Below are positions 16,595 through 26,726 of a stretch of DNA of 38,374 bases, one piece after another. Below the pieces are notes generated by a model. It saw only the letters and a program-made list of their open reading frames with translations. It did no database searches and was not told the DNA's origin. How positions within the stretch are numbered: the first letter of the stretch is position 1; every line of letters starts with the position of its first letter. Source of the DNA: Candidatus Avoscillospira stercoripullorum (GTDB taxonomy: Bacteria > Bacillota > Clostridia > Oscillospirales > Oscillospiraceae). The translations under genes were made by a program, and so were the position numbers. The stretch spans positions 1 to 38,374 of the forward strand of contig DVGD01000076.1 in NCBI GenBank assembly GCA_018712905.1, in the 5' to 3' direction.

Positions 16595-19024
16595 ATGAAT
16601 GAAATTCTCTTATCCCAGCGGCTGCCGGTTTTAGCGCTGCGGGGACTCAACGTATTTCCCGGCATGACCATCCACTTTGACGTGGGCAGGAAAAAGTCTA
16701 TCCGTGCCGTGGAGGAGGCCATGCACAACCATGGCCAGGAGATTTTCCTGGTGACCCAGCGGGACGTCCAGGATGACGATCCGGATCTCTCCGGCCTCTA
16801 CGCCATCGGAACAGTCAGCGTGGTCAAGCAGATTTTAAAGCTGCCGGGGGAAACCATCCGCATTTTGGTGCAGGGCAAATACCGCGCCCGAATCACCGAG
16901 TGCATCCAAAGTGAGCCCTATCTCTTTGGCCGGGTGGAGACGGTCAGCGACCTGCCCTATTCCAAGGCTTCGCCCAAGACAGAGGCGCTGCTTCGGGAGG
17001 CACAGGCGCTCTATGAGCATTTTCTCGAGCTCACCGGGCGCTCCGTCCAGGACGGCCTGGGCGCTCTGCTCACATCCCAGGATCCGGGCTATATTGCCGA
17101 CTATATCACCCAGAACTCCACCATCAACTATACCGACAAGCAGCGGATTCTCGAGCAGCTCCATCCTCTCAAGCGGCTGGAGCAGGCCACCATTCTTTTG
17201 GGTCGGGAGCTTCATATTCTGCAATTGGAGACCGAGATCCAGGAGAAGGTGCAGGAGAGCGTCAATAAGGGGCAGCGGGACTACTACCTCCGCGAGCAGA
17301 TGCGCGTCATCCAGAATGAGCTGGGAGAGGGCGACGAGGAGGAAGAGCTGCAGCAGTACCACGATGCCATCACCAAGCTCGAGGCACCGGAGGAAGTCAT
17401 TGAAAAGCTCTTAAAGGAGCTGCGGCGCCTTGGAAAGCAGCCGTCCAATTCTGCTGAGGCGGCGGTGCTGCGCACGTACCTGGATACCTGCCTGGAGCTT
17501 CCCTGGAATAAGCGCACCAAGGAACGGGTGGACGTGCGTGCCGCCCGCAAGATCCTGGACGAGGATCACTTCGGCCTGGAAAAGGTGAAGGAGCGGATTC
17601 TCGAGATCTTTGCCGTGCGGAAGATGGCACCGGAGCTGCCGGCGCAGATCATCTGCCTGGTGGGGCCTCCCGGCGTGGGCAAGACCTCTGTGGCCACCAG
17701 CATTGCCAGAGCGCTCAACCGCAATATGGCGCGGATTTCCCTGGGCGGCATCCATGATGAGGCCGATATCCGCGGCCACCGCAAGACGTATATCGGCGCC
17801 ATGCCAGGCCGGATCATGGCAGCCATTCAGCAGGCGGGCTCCAAAAATGCCCTGCTTTTGCTGGACGAAATTGACAAGCTGGGCAGCGACTACCGCGGCG
17901 ACCCCTCTTCGGCGCTGCTGGAGGTGCTCGACAGCGAACAAAACGGCAATTTCCGCGACCACTACCTGGAGGTGCCCTTTGACCTGAGCGAGTGCATGTT
18001 TATCACCACCGCCAACACCACCTCCACCATTCCCGCGCCGCTGCTCGACCGCATGGAGGTCATTGAGCTCTCGTCGTATACCGACGAGGAGAAGCTGATG
18101 ATCGCCAAGGAGCATCTTCTGCCCAAGCAGCTCCAGAAGCACGGCCTCAAAAAGACCCAGGTGCGCCTGAGCGACGATGCCATTCGCGAGATCATCGCCT
18201 GCTACACCCGGGAGTCCGGTGTGCGCAATCTGGAGCGAGAGCTGGCAACCCTCTGCCGCAAGTGCGACATGCGCTTTGTCTCCGAGAAGCCGCCCAAGCG
18301 GATCACCATCCAGGGCGCCAATTTGGAAGCGTACCTGGGTGTTCGGAAATACTTGCCCGACGAGCTGCCCCCGGCTGATACGGTGGGGCTGGTTACCGGC
18401 CTTGCCTGGACGAGCGTGGGCGGAGAAACACTGGAAGTGGAAGTCAATGTGGTGGACGGCACCGGCAAGCTGGAGCTCACCGGCAATCTGGGCGACGTGA
18501 TGAAGGAATCGGTCTATGCGGCCATGAGCTATATCCGCTCCCGCGCGGACAAGCTGCATCTGCCCCAGGATTTCTATAAGACCAAGGACATCCACGTCCA
18601 CTTCCCTGAGGGCGCCATTCCCAAGGACGGCCCCTCTGCCGGCATCACCATCTGCACGGCCATGGTTTCTGCCCTGACGGGGGCACGTGTCCGCCGGGAT
18701 ATCGCCATGACCGGTGAAATCTCCATCCGCGGCCGGGTGCTTCCCATCGGCGGCCTCAAGGAAAAGACCATGGCCGCGCTGCGCCACGGCATCAAAACGG
18801 TCATCATTCCCGAGGGAAATGCCAAGGATCTGGAGGAAATCGACCAGACGGTGCGCCATGCCCTCAATTTCCTCACGGTTTCCCACGTGGATTCCGTGCT
18901 GGAGGCTGCGCTGGATTTTCAGCCCTTACCCGAAGCGTCCGCCCCGGTGCAGGTGCCCCAGGAGGCACAGCTGGCCGTGGCGCGGGAGCAAAATAAAAGC
19001 CGCAATACCGGAATTCGACAGTAG
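16595..19024 (+). CDS. lon: Endopeptidase La (Lon protease)
   Basis: ATG at 16595 follows AGGAGGGAAG. It has an N-terminal LON domain (LPVLALRGLNVFPGM), Walker A GPPGVGKTS and the protease Ser in PKDGPSAG. The product is 809 aa. Confidence 0.96.
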   Translation: MNEILLSQRLPVLALRGLNVFPGMTIHFDVGRKKSIRAVEEAMHNHGQEIFLVTQRDVQDDDPDLSGLYAIGTVSVVKQILKLPGETIRILVQGKYRARITECIQSEPYLFGRVETVSDLPYSKASPKTEALLREAQALYEHFLELTGRSVQDGLGALLTSQDPGYIADYITQNSTINYTDKQRILEQLHPLKRLEQATILLGRELHILQLETEIQEKVQESVNKGQRDYYLREQMRVIQNELGEGDEEEELQQYHDAITKLEAPEEVIEKLLKELRRLGKQPSNSAEAAVLRTYLDTCLELPWNKRTKERVDVRAARKILDEDHFGLEKVKERILEIFAVRKMAPELPAQIICLVGPPGVGKTSVATSIARALNRNMARISLGGIHDEADIRGHRKTYIGAMPGRIMAAIQQAGSKNALLLLDEIDKLGSDYRGDPSSALLEVLDSEQNGNFRDHYLEVPFDLSECMFITTANTTSTIPAPLLDRMEVIELSSYTDEEKLMIAKEHLLPKQLQKHGLKKTQVRLSDDAIREIIACYTRESGVRNLERELATLCRKCDMRFVSEKPPKRITIQGANLEAYLGVRKYLPDELPPADTVGLVTGLAWTSVGGETLEVEVNVVDGTGKLELTGNLGDVMKESVYAAMSYIRSRADKLHLPQDFYKTKDIHVHFPEGAIPKDGPSAGITICTAMVSALTGARVRRDIAMTGEISIRGRVLPIGGLKEKTMAALRHGIKTVIIPEGNAKDLEEIDQTVRHALNFLTVSHVDSVLEAALDFQPLPEASAPVQVPQEAQLAVAREQNKSRNTGIRQ

Positions 19025-19032
19025 GTGCGACA

Positions 19033-19623
19033 ATGAATTTACACAATGTGGAGTTTGTACGCTCCGCCGCCAGCTTAAAGGACTGTCCGCATGATCGGCT
19101 TCCGCAGATTGCCTTTGCCGGACGATCCAATGTGGGAAAGTCCTCGGTGATTAACCGCCTTTTGCAGCGGAAAAACTTTGCCCGTGTGGGCGAAGCACCG
19201 GGGAAGACCACGCACATCAACTATTTTCTGGTGGATCAGGTGCTGTACCTGGTGGATCTGCCCGGCTATGGCTTTGCCAAGGTACCCAAGGCGGAGAAGG
19301 AGCGGTGGGCGAAGCTCATTGAGAGCTACTTTGCCGACCCGGATCTCATCACTCTCGGCGTCCTCATTGTGGACGCCCGCCATAAGCCCACGGAGAACGA
19401 CGTGACCATGGCGCGCTGGTTTCAGCAGACGGGAAGACCCTATGCGGTGGTGGCCAACAAGCTGGACAAGCTGAAAAAGACCCAGATCGAGCCAAGTCTC
19501 GCGCTGATCCGCGAGACGTTGGCGCTGGGGGACGATGTGCCGCTCATTCCGTTTTCTGCGGAAAAGGGCGAGGGGCGCGAAGCGCTGTTAGCCCTCATCG
19601 AGGGGACGCTTCCCCCATGTTAA
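19033..19623 (+). CDS. engB: Ribosome biogenesis GTP-binding protein YsxC/EngB
   Basis: GRSNVGKSSVINRL, DLPGYGFA and NKLDK GTPase motifs. It sits at the conserved position after lon. Confidence 0.93.
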   Translation: MNLHNVEFVRSAASLKDCPHDRLPQIAFAGRSNVGKSSVINRLLQRKNFARVGEAPGKTTHINYFLVDQVLYLVDLPGYGFAKVPKAEKERWAKLIESYFADPDLITLGVLIVDARHKPTENDVTMARWFQQTGRPYAVVANKLDKLKKTQIEPSLALIRETLALGDDVPLIPFSAEKGEGREALLALIEGTLPPC

Positions 19624-19644
19624 TCGCAAAAATGAGGTGAAATC

Positions 19645-20343
19645 ATGGGCGGATTGACCCAATGGCTTGCCCAGCTGCGGCTGGACAGCATCTGGCAGAC
19701 CCTGGTGGTGGTGCTTGCCTCCCTGTTTTGCATCACGGTGCACGAGACATGCCATGGCCTTGCCGCCTATTGGATGGGCGATGATACGGCCAAGCGCATG
19801 GGACGGCTCACCCTCAATCCCCTCAAGCATGTGGATCTGGTGGGACTGATTATGATGGCCTTGGTGCACTTTGGCTGGGCAAAACCAGTGCCCATCAATA
19901 TGCGCCGGTTTCGCAACCCCAAGGCGGGCATGGCGCTCACGGCGCTGGCAGGCCCCATATCCAATGTGCTTCTGGCGCTGGTGGCACTGCTCCTGCGAAG
20001 CGTGGTCATTCTGGTGGCCATGGGGACGGCGCACTATGGTACGCTGATTTCCTATCTCATCTTATTTTTTGAGTACATGGCCGTGCTCAGTGCCGGCCTG
20101 GCGGTCTTCAATCTCTTTCCCATTCCGCCGCTGGACGGATCCAAGGTGCTCTTTGCGCTGCTGCCGGATTCGAGCTACGATAAACTCATGCGCTATGAGA
20201 AATATGGCATGCTGCTTCTGGTGGTGCTGCTCTTTTTCAATGTCTTGGATACGCCGCTCATTTTCCTGCGCGAGAAGCTTTTGGACGGGCTATCCTGGAT
20301 TCTGACGCCGGTGGTTCGGGGACTGACGAAGCTGTTACTGTGA
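19645..20343 (+). CDS. Site-2 protease (M50) family membrane protein
   Basis: HETCHGLAAYWMGD (HExxH) and NLFPIPPLDGSKVL motifs, with multiple TM helices. Confidence 0.85.
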   Translation: MGGLTQWLAQLRLDSIWQTLVVVLASLFCITVHETCHGLAAYWMGDDTAKRMGRLTLNPLKHVDLVGLIMMALVHFGWAKPVPINMRRFRNPKAGMALTALAGPISNVLLALVALLLRSVVILVAMGTAHYGTLISYLILFFEYMAVLSAGLAVFNLFPIPPLDGSKVLFALLPDSSYDKLMRYEKYGMLLLVVLLFFNVLDTPLIFLREKLLDGLSWILTPVVRGLTKLLL

Positions 20344-20350
20344 GGTTACT

Positions 20351-21157
20351 ATGGAAGAACCGCAATACCATCTGGATCAAGTGGTCCACGCCAAAGCCGA
20401 GCATCTGGAGGACTTTGACGGCCCCCTGGACGTCATTCTCCTGCTTTTGAGCAAGAATAAGATTGAAATACAGGATATCAGCATCACGTCCATTTTGGAG
20501 CAGTATCTTTCGTACCTCGACGAGATGAAGCGGATGGACATGGAGATTGCCAGCGAGTTCATCGCCATGGCCTCCCACCTGATGCTCATCAAGACCAAGA
20601 TGCTTCTCTCCGCTGCCGAGCAGGAGGAGGCACAGAGCGAGATGGAGCTGCTCATTCGCTCTCTGGAGGAGCGGCAGCGGCAGGACGCCATGAATCAGAT
20701 TCGCGGCTCGGTGACCTTTCTCGCCCAGCGCAATGAGATTGGCCTGGGGCTATTTCCCAAAGAGCCGGAGCCGCTGCGCCGGGATCAGACTTACCGCTAT
20801 TCCCACGACCCTGCCGATCTAGTTCGGATCATGGCCGTGCTGGCCGATCGCAGCCAGCGGTCACTGCCGCCCCCAACGTCCAACTTCTCGGGCATTGTGG
20901 GTCGGGAGCCATACCCGGTGACCAAAAAGGCGGCAGAGGTGCTGCGGCGGCTCCTCGCCCATGGCGTGTCGGCCTTTCGGAAGCTCTTCCGGGGCAATCG
21001 CTCCCGTTCGGAGATTGTGGCCACCTTTTTGGCCATCCTGGAGCTGTGCCGGCTGCGCTCTGTGACGCTGGAAGAGGATCAGGGCGAGGAGACCTGCGTC
21101 AAATTTGTCAAAATGCCGGAGGAAACCAAGGAAGGGGAGAGTGCCGTTGGAGAGTAA
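20351..21157 (+). CDS. scpA: Segregation and condensation protein A
   Basis: 268-aa ORF with FDGPLDVILLLLSKNKIEIQDISITSILEQY, typical of the ScpA/kleisin N-terminus. scpB follows. Confidence 0.9.
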   Translation: MEEPQYHLDQVVHAKAEHLEDFDGPLDVILLLLSKNKIEIQDISITSILEQYLSYLDEMKRMDMEIASEFIAMASHLMLIKTKMLLSAAEQEEAQSEMELLIRSLEERQRQDAMNQIRGSVTFLAQRNEIGLGLFPKEPEPLRRDQTYRYSHDPADLVRIMAVLADRSQRSLPPPTSNFSGIVGREPYPVTKKAAEVLRRLLAHGVSAFRKLFRGNRSRSEIVATFLAILELCRLRSVTLEEDQGEETCVKFVKMPEETKEGESAVGE

Positions 21158-21728
21158 TGAGATCCAGCGCGCCTTGATGGCCATACTATTTGCAGCGGGT
21201 GAGCCGGTGGAGGCCAAGCGTCTGGCCGCGGCATTGGAATTAGACGAGGACGAGATCCATCAGGAGCTTCAAGCGCTTATGGACATGCTGTCCTATGAAA
21301 GAAGCGGAATTCGGATCATCCGGCTGGAGAGCGCATACCAGATGTGCTCCTCGGCGGAGATGGCGCCCTATGTGACCAAGGCGCTGGAGACCCGCAAGCC
21401 GCCCAAGCTCAGCGCATCCCAGCTGGAGGCGCTGACCATCATCGCCTACTACCAGCCTGCCACCAAGGCCTATGTGGAGCAGCTAAGAGGGGTGGACAGC
21501 TCCTATTCCATTAGCGCCTTGCTCACCAAAAAGCTCATTGAGGAGTGCGGACGGCTCAATGTGCCCGGACGCCCCATTCTCTACCGCACGACGCCGGATT
21601 TCCTGCGCACCTTCGGACTCTCGTCCCTGGAGGAGCTGCCGGAAATTGAGAAAATCAACCTGCAAAAGAAGCCGGAGATCCCACAAGAGGGAAATGGAGA
21701 ATCGGAGGAAAAGGAGAGTGCACCGTGA
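21147..21728 (+). CDS. scpB: Segregation and condensation protein B
   Basis: IQRALMAILFAAGEPV and LSASQLEALTIIAYYQPATKAYVEQLRGV motifs. The start is ambiguous: TTG 21147 with an AAGGGGAG RBS, GTG 21141, or ATG 21178. Confidence 0.88.
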   Translation: MESNEIQRALMAILFAAGEPVEAKRLAAALELDEDEIHQELQALMDMLSYERSGIRIIRLESAYQMCSSAEMAPYVTKALETRKPPKLSASQLEALTIIAYYQPATKAYVEQLRGVDSSYSISALLTKKLIEECGRLNVPGRPILYRTTPDFLRTFGLSSLEELPEIEKINLQKKPEIPQEGNGESEEKESAP

Positions 21729-22321
21729 CGGCGCTGGTGATATTCCTGGTTCTTGCCGCGATTGTCGCGGGGCTTGCGTGGCTCAAGGTGGGCATCCACG
21801 CCACGTGGCAGGACGGGGACTGGAATGCGACCTTCACGGTGGGCGGCATCCCGCTTTCGTGGAAGAAAACCCATCAAAGCGGGAAGAAACCCACCCCTGC
21901 GCCCAAGGCACAGAATAATGCGCCTCCACCAAAAAAAGAGAGCCGGCTTTCGCTCCTGCGGCAGCACTGGCGGGAGGTGGCGGTCATTCTGGGCAAAATC
22001 CTGGAGAAGGAGACCGTGGAACTCCTGCGCTTTGAGATGATTGTGGGCGACGAAGACCCGGCGCGCTGTGCCATTCGCTATGGTGAGGTGCAGGCGGCGG
22101 TGCATCTCGTCCGCCCGGTGATTTTGCAGTGTTTTCGCGTCAAGCGGGAAATGGTGCAGATAGACTGCGATTTTGCTGGACGCCGTTCTACGGCGCAGGC
22201 AGAAATCAAGGCAACGATACGCGTATACGAAGCGGTGGCGATTCTCTTTGCCGTGCTTCGTTTTCAGCAGCAGCATACTCCCACAAATCAAAATCAAAAA
22301 AAGGCGGTGCAGCGATCATGA
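21725..22321 (+). CDS. DUF2953-like (YtfI-like) sporulation-associated membrane protein
   Basis: 198-aa ORF with an N-terminal TM helix that overlaps both neighbours by 4 nt. Its position immediately upstream of a YtfJ/GerW homolog mirrors the Bacillus ytfI-ytfJ pair. Confidence 0.6.
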   Translation: MTALVIFLVLAAIVAGLAWLKVGIHATWQDGDWNATFTVGGIPLSWKKTHQSGKKPTPAPKAQNNAPPPKKESRLSLLRQHWREVAVILGKILEKETVELLRFEMIVGDEDPARCAIRYGEVQAAVHLVRPVILQCFRVKREMVQIDCDFAGRRSTAQAEIKATIRVYEAVAILFAVLRFQQQHTPTNQNQKKAVQRS

Positions 22322-22707
22322 GTCATCCTTTGCCCAATCTGCTCGGCGAGACCATGGAGAAGATTCGCTCCATGGTGGATGTCAATACCATCATCGGCGA
22401 TGCCATCACCACACCCGATGGCGTCAGCATCATTCCCGTGTCTAAAATCAAGATTGGATATGCCGGCGGCGGCACGGACTTTGCCACCAAGGGATATCCT
22501 GCCACCAAGGAAAACACCTTTGGCGGCGCCAGCGGCGCTGGCATCACCATCACGCCTGTGGCATTCCTGATTCTCAAGGGTGATTCGGTTCGGCTGCTGC
22601 CCATTGCGGAGCCAGCCTCCAATGCCATGGAACGGGTGATTGAAATGCTGCCGGAATTGATCGATCAGATTTCTGAGCTGGTGAAAAAGAAATCGGCGGA
22701 GGAATAG
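22318..22707 (+). CDS. ytfJ: GerW/YtfJ family sporulation protein
   Basis: ATG at 22318 forms an ATGA overlap with the upstream stop. The sequence LLGETMEKIRSMVDVNTIIGDAITTPDGVSIIPVSKIKIGYAGGGTDF is characteristic of YtfJ. Confidence 0.85.
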   Translation: MSHPLPNLLGETMEKIRSMVDVNTIIGDAITTPDGVSIIPVSKIKIGYAGGGTDFATKGYPATKENTFGGASGAGITITPVAFLILKGDSVRLLPIAEPASNAMERVIEMLPELIDQISELVKKKSAEE

Positions 22708-22746
22708 TCCTCATGGTTTTCTGTCAAAGGGGGTATACTATCCCCG

Positions 22747-23805
22747 GTGATGGAAATGAAACGGTTTTTAAGACGTGCGGCGGCTCTATGGACTGCCGCC
22801 GTCCTTTTCTCTGTGGCGGTGGGCGCGGAAGCAGCGCCTTCTGCCAAGGAGGTAATCTTGATTGACGGCCATACCAGCCGGGTGATTTTGAGCCACAATG
22901 CCGATACGCCTGCCTTGATTGCCAGTACCACCAAAATCATGACAGGGCTTCTCATCGCGGAGCGCTGCTCCCTGGACGAACCGGTGACCGTTCCGCCCGA
23001 GGCAGTGGGGGTGGAGGGATCCTCCCTTCATTTGCAGGCGGGAGAAGTACGCCAGGTGCGGGAGCTGCTCTACGGCTTAATGCTCCACTCCGGCAACGAT
23101 GTGGCGGTGGCGCTGGCCATCCACTGCGCGGGGAGCGTGGAACAATTTGTGGCGCTCATGAACCGCCGCGCAGAATCCCTTGGCATGACGGGCACCCATT
23201 TTGCCAATCCCCACGGCCTGGATCACGAGGAACACCATGGAACAGCCAGGGATCTTGCTATTCTCACGGCTGAGGCCATGAAAAACGATACCTTTCACAC
23301 CATTGTGTCCACCAAAACCGTCACCCTGGGCGGGAGAACCTATACCAATCACAATAAGCTTCTCTGGCGCTATGACGGCGCGGTGGGCGTGAAAACCGGC
23401 TATACCAAGGAAGCGGGACGGATTTTGGTATCCTGTGCCGAGCGCGGCAACCGCCGCCTGATCGCGGTTACCATTGACGATCCCAATGACTGGGAGGATC
23501 ATGCGTCCATGCTGGATCATGGCTTCTCCCAGTTTACCAGCCGCACCATTGCCCAGGCGGGCACAGTGCTGGGGGTTGTCCCGGTGGCAGGTGGCCAGAG
23601 GAGCGCCTGCGGCGTGACGGTGTGTGAGGATGTGACGGTTTCCTTGGCGCCTGGAGAACGGGTGAAGCTCACGGTGGAGCTTCCGCCCTTTTCCTTTGCA
23701 CCCATGGAAGTGGGGGCGCAGGCAGGTTGGCTCCAAGTGGAGGTAGATGGCGCGGCAGTGCTGCGCGTCCCCCTGGTATGGAAGGACACGGTAAGGGAGG
23801 CATAG
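22747..23805 (+). CDS. dacB: D-alanyl-D-alanine carboxypeptidase (serine peptidase S11, DacB-like)
   Basis: It has a signal peptide, SxxK (ASTTKIMT), SGN (HSGND) and KTG (VKTGYT) motifs. The position after scpAB resembles B. subtilis dacB. Confidence 0.85.
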   Translation: MMEMKRFLRRAAALWTAAVLFSVAVGAEAAPSAKEVILIDGHTSRVILSHNADTPALIASTTKIMTGLLIAERCSLDEPVTVPPEAVGVEGSSLHLQAGEVRQVRELLYGLMLHSGNDVAVALAIHCAGSVEQFVALMNRRAESLGMTGTHFANPHGLDHEEHHGTARDLAILTAEAMKNDTFHTIVSTKTVTLGGRTYTNHNKLLWRYDGAVGVKTGYTKEAGRILVSCAERGNRRLIAVTIDDPNDWEDHASMLDHGFSQFTSRTIAQAGTVLGVVPVAGGQRSACGVTVCEDVTVSLAPGERVKLTVELPPFSFAPMEVGAQAGWLQVEVDGAAVLRVPLVWKDTVREA

Positions 23806-23807
23806 CC

Positions 23808-24542
23808 TTGGAGGAACGAATTCAGAAAATACTCTCCCGCCACGGGATTGCCTCCCGCCGGCAGGCAGAAGCCATGATTGCCGCGGGACGGGTGGCGGTC
23901 AACGGCGTGGCGGCGCACTTGGGCGATACCGCCAACGCCGAAAAAGATGAGATTACGCTGGACGGCCATCCCCTCTCCCAGGCGCCGCCCAAGTGCTATC
24001 TCATGCTCCATAAGCCCCGCGGATATGTGACCACGCTTTCCGATGAGAAGGGAAGAAAGAATGTCTCCCAGCTGGTGGCGGACTGCGGCCAGCGGGTCTA
24101 TCCCGTGGGGCGGCTGGATCTCGATTCTGAAGGGCTGCTGCTCATGACCAATGACGGCGCCCTGGCCAACCGCCTGATGCATCCCAGCGGCGGGATTGAG
24201 AAGTGCTACCGGGTCACGGTGCGAAATTTCAACGAGGCCTGCCTTCCGGTGCTGCGCAAGCCCATTGAAATTGATGGGCGCTACACCCATCCGGCACGGG
24301 TTCGCTGCCTGTGGCAGCGGGAGGATCGGGCGTGTCTGGAGTTCTGGCTCTCAGATGGAAGAAATCGCCAGATTCGGCGGCTGTGCGAGGCGGCAGGGGT
24401 AGAGGTGCTCCGGCTTTTACGCATCCAGGAGGGGACGCTTCGACTGGGGAAGCTGCCCCCGGGCGCGTGGCGCCCGCTCACCTTGGAGGAGCTCCGTGAC
24501 CTGGAGCGTACCTTGCAATGGAAGTTTTTAAAAGATCTGTGA
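23808..24542 (+). CDS. rluB: Pseudouridine synthase, RsuA/RluB family with S4 domain
   Basis: TTG at 23808 follows a GGGAGG RBS; the track start at 23727 lies inside dacB. Motifs seen are RIQKILSRHGIASRRQAE (S4), GRLDLDSEGLLLMTNDG and the catalytic Asp. The product is 244 aa. Confidence 0.88.
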   Translation: MEERIQKILSRHGIASRRQAEAMIAAGRVAVNGVAAHLGDTANAEKDEITLDGHPLSQAPPKCYLMLHKPRGYVTTLSDEKGRKNVSQLVADCGQRVYPVGRLDLDSEGLLLMTNDGALANRLMHPSGGIEKCYRVTVRNFNEACLPVLRKPIEIDGRYTHPARVRCLWQREDRACLEFWLSDGRNRQIRRLCEAAGVEVLRLLRIQEGTLRLGKLPPGAWRPLTLEELRDLERTLQWKFLKDL

Positions 24543-24548
24543 TTTCCC

Positions 24549-24577
24549 TTGCAAAATTAAGTCGAAACCGGTATAGT
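24549..24577 (+). promoter_or_regulatory. Putative sigma-A promoter for the RpiR-family regulator
   Basis: TTGCAA (24549-24554), a 17-nt spacer, then TATAGT (24572-24577). Confidence 0.65.
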
Positions 24578-24628
24578 TTTAGATAGCATGTAACCAATTT
24601 GATCCTGGCGCTGCAAAGGAGCAACGGC

Positions 24629-25492
24629 ATGGCCACTGACTTTTTAACGACCATACATAATGAGATGGCCTCATTTTCCAAGGGGCAGCGACGCATTGCC
24701 CAGTATATTGAATCCTCCTATGACAAGGCGGCCTTTATGACGGCCAGCCGTCTTGGAAAAATGGTCAACGTTTCCGAATCCACGGTGGTGCGCTTTGCCG
24801 TGGAGCTGGGGTTTGACGGCTATCCCAGCATGCAGAAGGCGCTCCAGGAGATGGTGCGCAATAAGCTCACCTCGGTGCAGCGCATTGAGGTGGCCAGTGA
24901 TCGCCTGGGCGATCAGGATGTGGTCTCCATGGTGCTCCAGGCGGATTGGGAGAGCATCCGTATGACCAGCGAAGCGCTGGATCGGCATGTGCTCGACCAG
25001 GCGGTGGAGGCCATTCTGCGCGCCAGGAATATCTATATCGTGGGCGTGCGCTCTTCGGCGGTCATTGCCACGTTTATGAGCTTTTATTTCCGAAATATCT
25101 TCGACAATGTGCATCTGGTGACCTCCTCTGCTACCAGCGAGATGATTGAGCAGATGCTCCATGTCTCCCGGGAGGATGTGGTCATCGGCATCAGCCTGCC
25201 GCGCTATTCCAGCCGTACCATCAAGCTCATGGAATTTGCCCGGGATTCCGGCGCGAAGATCATCGCCATCACCGATTCCCTGGACGCGCCGGCGGCCAAG
25301 CGGGCAGATCACATTCTCCTGGCAAAAAGCGATATGGTGTCGGTGGTGGATTCTCTGGTGGCGCCCATGAGTCTGGTGAATGCCCTGATTGTTGCCATTG
25401 GGCAGAAGAAGAAGGGAGAACTGGCGCGGATTTTTGAAAATCTCGAAGGCATTTGGCAGGAGTATGAGGTGTATGAACGGGTTGAGACATAA
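24629..25492 (+). CDS. MurR/RpiR family transcriptional regulator (HTH + SIS domain)
   Basis: ATG at 24629 follows AAAGGAG. It has an HTH region (ASRLGKMVNVSESTVVRFAVELGFDGY) and an SIS region (IYIVGVRSS...IAITDS). Confidence 0.88.
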   Translation: MATDFLTTIHNEMASFSKGQRRIAQYIESSYDKAAFMTASRLGKMVNVSESTVVRFAVELGFDGYPSMQKALQEMVRNKLTSVQRIEVASDRLGDQDVVSMVLQADWESIRMTSEALDRHVLDQAVEAILRARNIYIVGVRSSAVIATFMSFYFRNIFDNVHLVTSSATSEMIEQMLHVSREDVVIGISLPRYSSRTIKLMEFARDSGAKIIAITDSLDAPAAKRADHILLAKSDMVSVVDSLVAPMSLVNALIVAIGQKKKGELARIFENLEGIWQEYEVYERVET

Positions 25493-26726
25493 GGTTGTCG
25501 TCCTGGGCGGCGGCGCGGCCGGCATGATGGCGGCCGGCGCTGCGGCGGAGGCCGGGGCGAAGGTCATCTTGGTGGAGCAGAACGACCGGCTGGGAAAAAA
25601 GTTGGCCATCACCGGCAAGGGAAGATGCAATGTCACCAACTGCTGCTCGGCGGAGGAAGTGCTCAAGAATATCCCGCGCAACGCCCGGTTTCTCTATAGC
25701 GCCCTGGATGCCTTTTCGCCGGAGCAGGCAATGGCCTTTTTTGAGGCGCACGGATGTCCCCTCAAGGTGGAGCGCGGAAACCGCGTGTTTCCCATATCGG
25801 ACAAGTCCGCCAGCGTCATTGGCGCGCTGGAGCAGTACTTACGCAGCGGCGGCGTGGAAGTTTTCCGCGGAAAGGCCATAAAGCTTCTCACCCAGGAAGG
25901 AACGGTCTGCGGCGTGGAGACCAGCCGCGGCACGATTTCTGCCAGCCGCGTGATATTGGCAACCGGCGGCCGCTCCTACCCCCTGACGGGCTCCGACGGC
26001 AGCGGCTATGGGCTGGCGCAGGAGGTGGGGCACACCATCGTGCCCACCTGGGGCTCACTGGTGCCGCTGGAGGAGGATGGCGATTACTGTGCCAGGCTCC
26101 AGGGGCTTTCCCTTCGAAACTGCGCCATCAAGGTGAAAAATCAGGCGGGGAAGACCATTTACCAGGACTTCGGGGAGCTGCTCTTTACCCATTTCGGGCT
26201 GTCCGGCCCCGTGATTCTCAGTGCCAGCGCCCATGGAAAGCCCGGCGATCTTCATACTGTTTTCATCGATCTCAAGCCGGCGCTGGATGAGCAGAAGCTG
26301 GACCTTCGAATTCTGCGTGACTTTGAACAATATCAAAACCGCACCATTGAGCATGCCTTGCAGGATCTCTACCCCAGGCTGCTGATCCCGGTGATGGTGG
26401 AGCGCGCCGGCATCCCGCCGGAGACCCGCGCCAACTCTGTGACCCGTGCCCAGCGCCGCAGGCTTTTGGAGCTTACCAAGGCATTCCCAGTGAAAATCCG
26501 CGGCCGCCGTCCGGTGGAGGAGGCTATCATCACCGCAGGCGGTGTGTCGGTGCGGGAGGTCAATCCCAAAACCATGGAATCCAAGCTGGTGCATGGGCTC
26601 TATCTGGCGGGAGAAATCCTGGATGTTGACGGCTATACAGGGGGATTTAATTTGCAGATCGCCTGGGCGACCGGCCGCGCTGCCGGACTGGCGGCGGCAA
26701 GGAAAGAAGAGGAGGAGCGTCCATGA
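25473..26726 (+). CDS. NAD(P)/FAD-dependent oxidoreductase, HI0933/BaiN-like flavoprotein
   Basis: It has a Rossmann motif VVVLGGGAAGMMAA plus GKKLAITGKGRCNVTN and a C-terminal LYLAGEILDVDGYTGGFNLQ. The start is ATG 25473 or 25464, overlapping the rpiR-like 3' end. Confidence 0.85.
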   Translation: MNGLRHKVVVLGGGAAGMMAAGAAAEAGAKVILVEQNDRLGKKLAITGKGRCNVTNCCSAEEVLKNIPRNARFLYSALDAFSPEQAMAFFEAHGCPLKVERGNRVFPISDKSASVIGALEQYLRSGGVEVFRGKAIKLLTQEGTVCGVETSRGTISASRVILATGGRSYPLTGSDGSGYGLAQEVGHTIVPTWGSLVPLEEDGDYCARLQGLSLRNCAIKVKNQAGKTIYQDFGELLFTHFGLSGPVILSASAHGKPGDLHTVFIDLKPALDEQKLDLRILRDFEQYQNRTIEHALQDLYPRLLIPVMVERAGIPPETRANSVTRAQRRRLLELTKAFPVKIRGRRPVEEAIITAGGVSVREVNPKTMESKLVHGLYLAGEILDVDGYTGGFNLQIAWATGRAAGLAAARKEEEERP

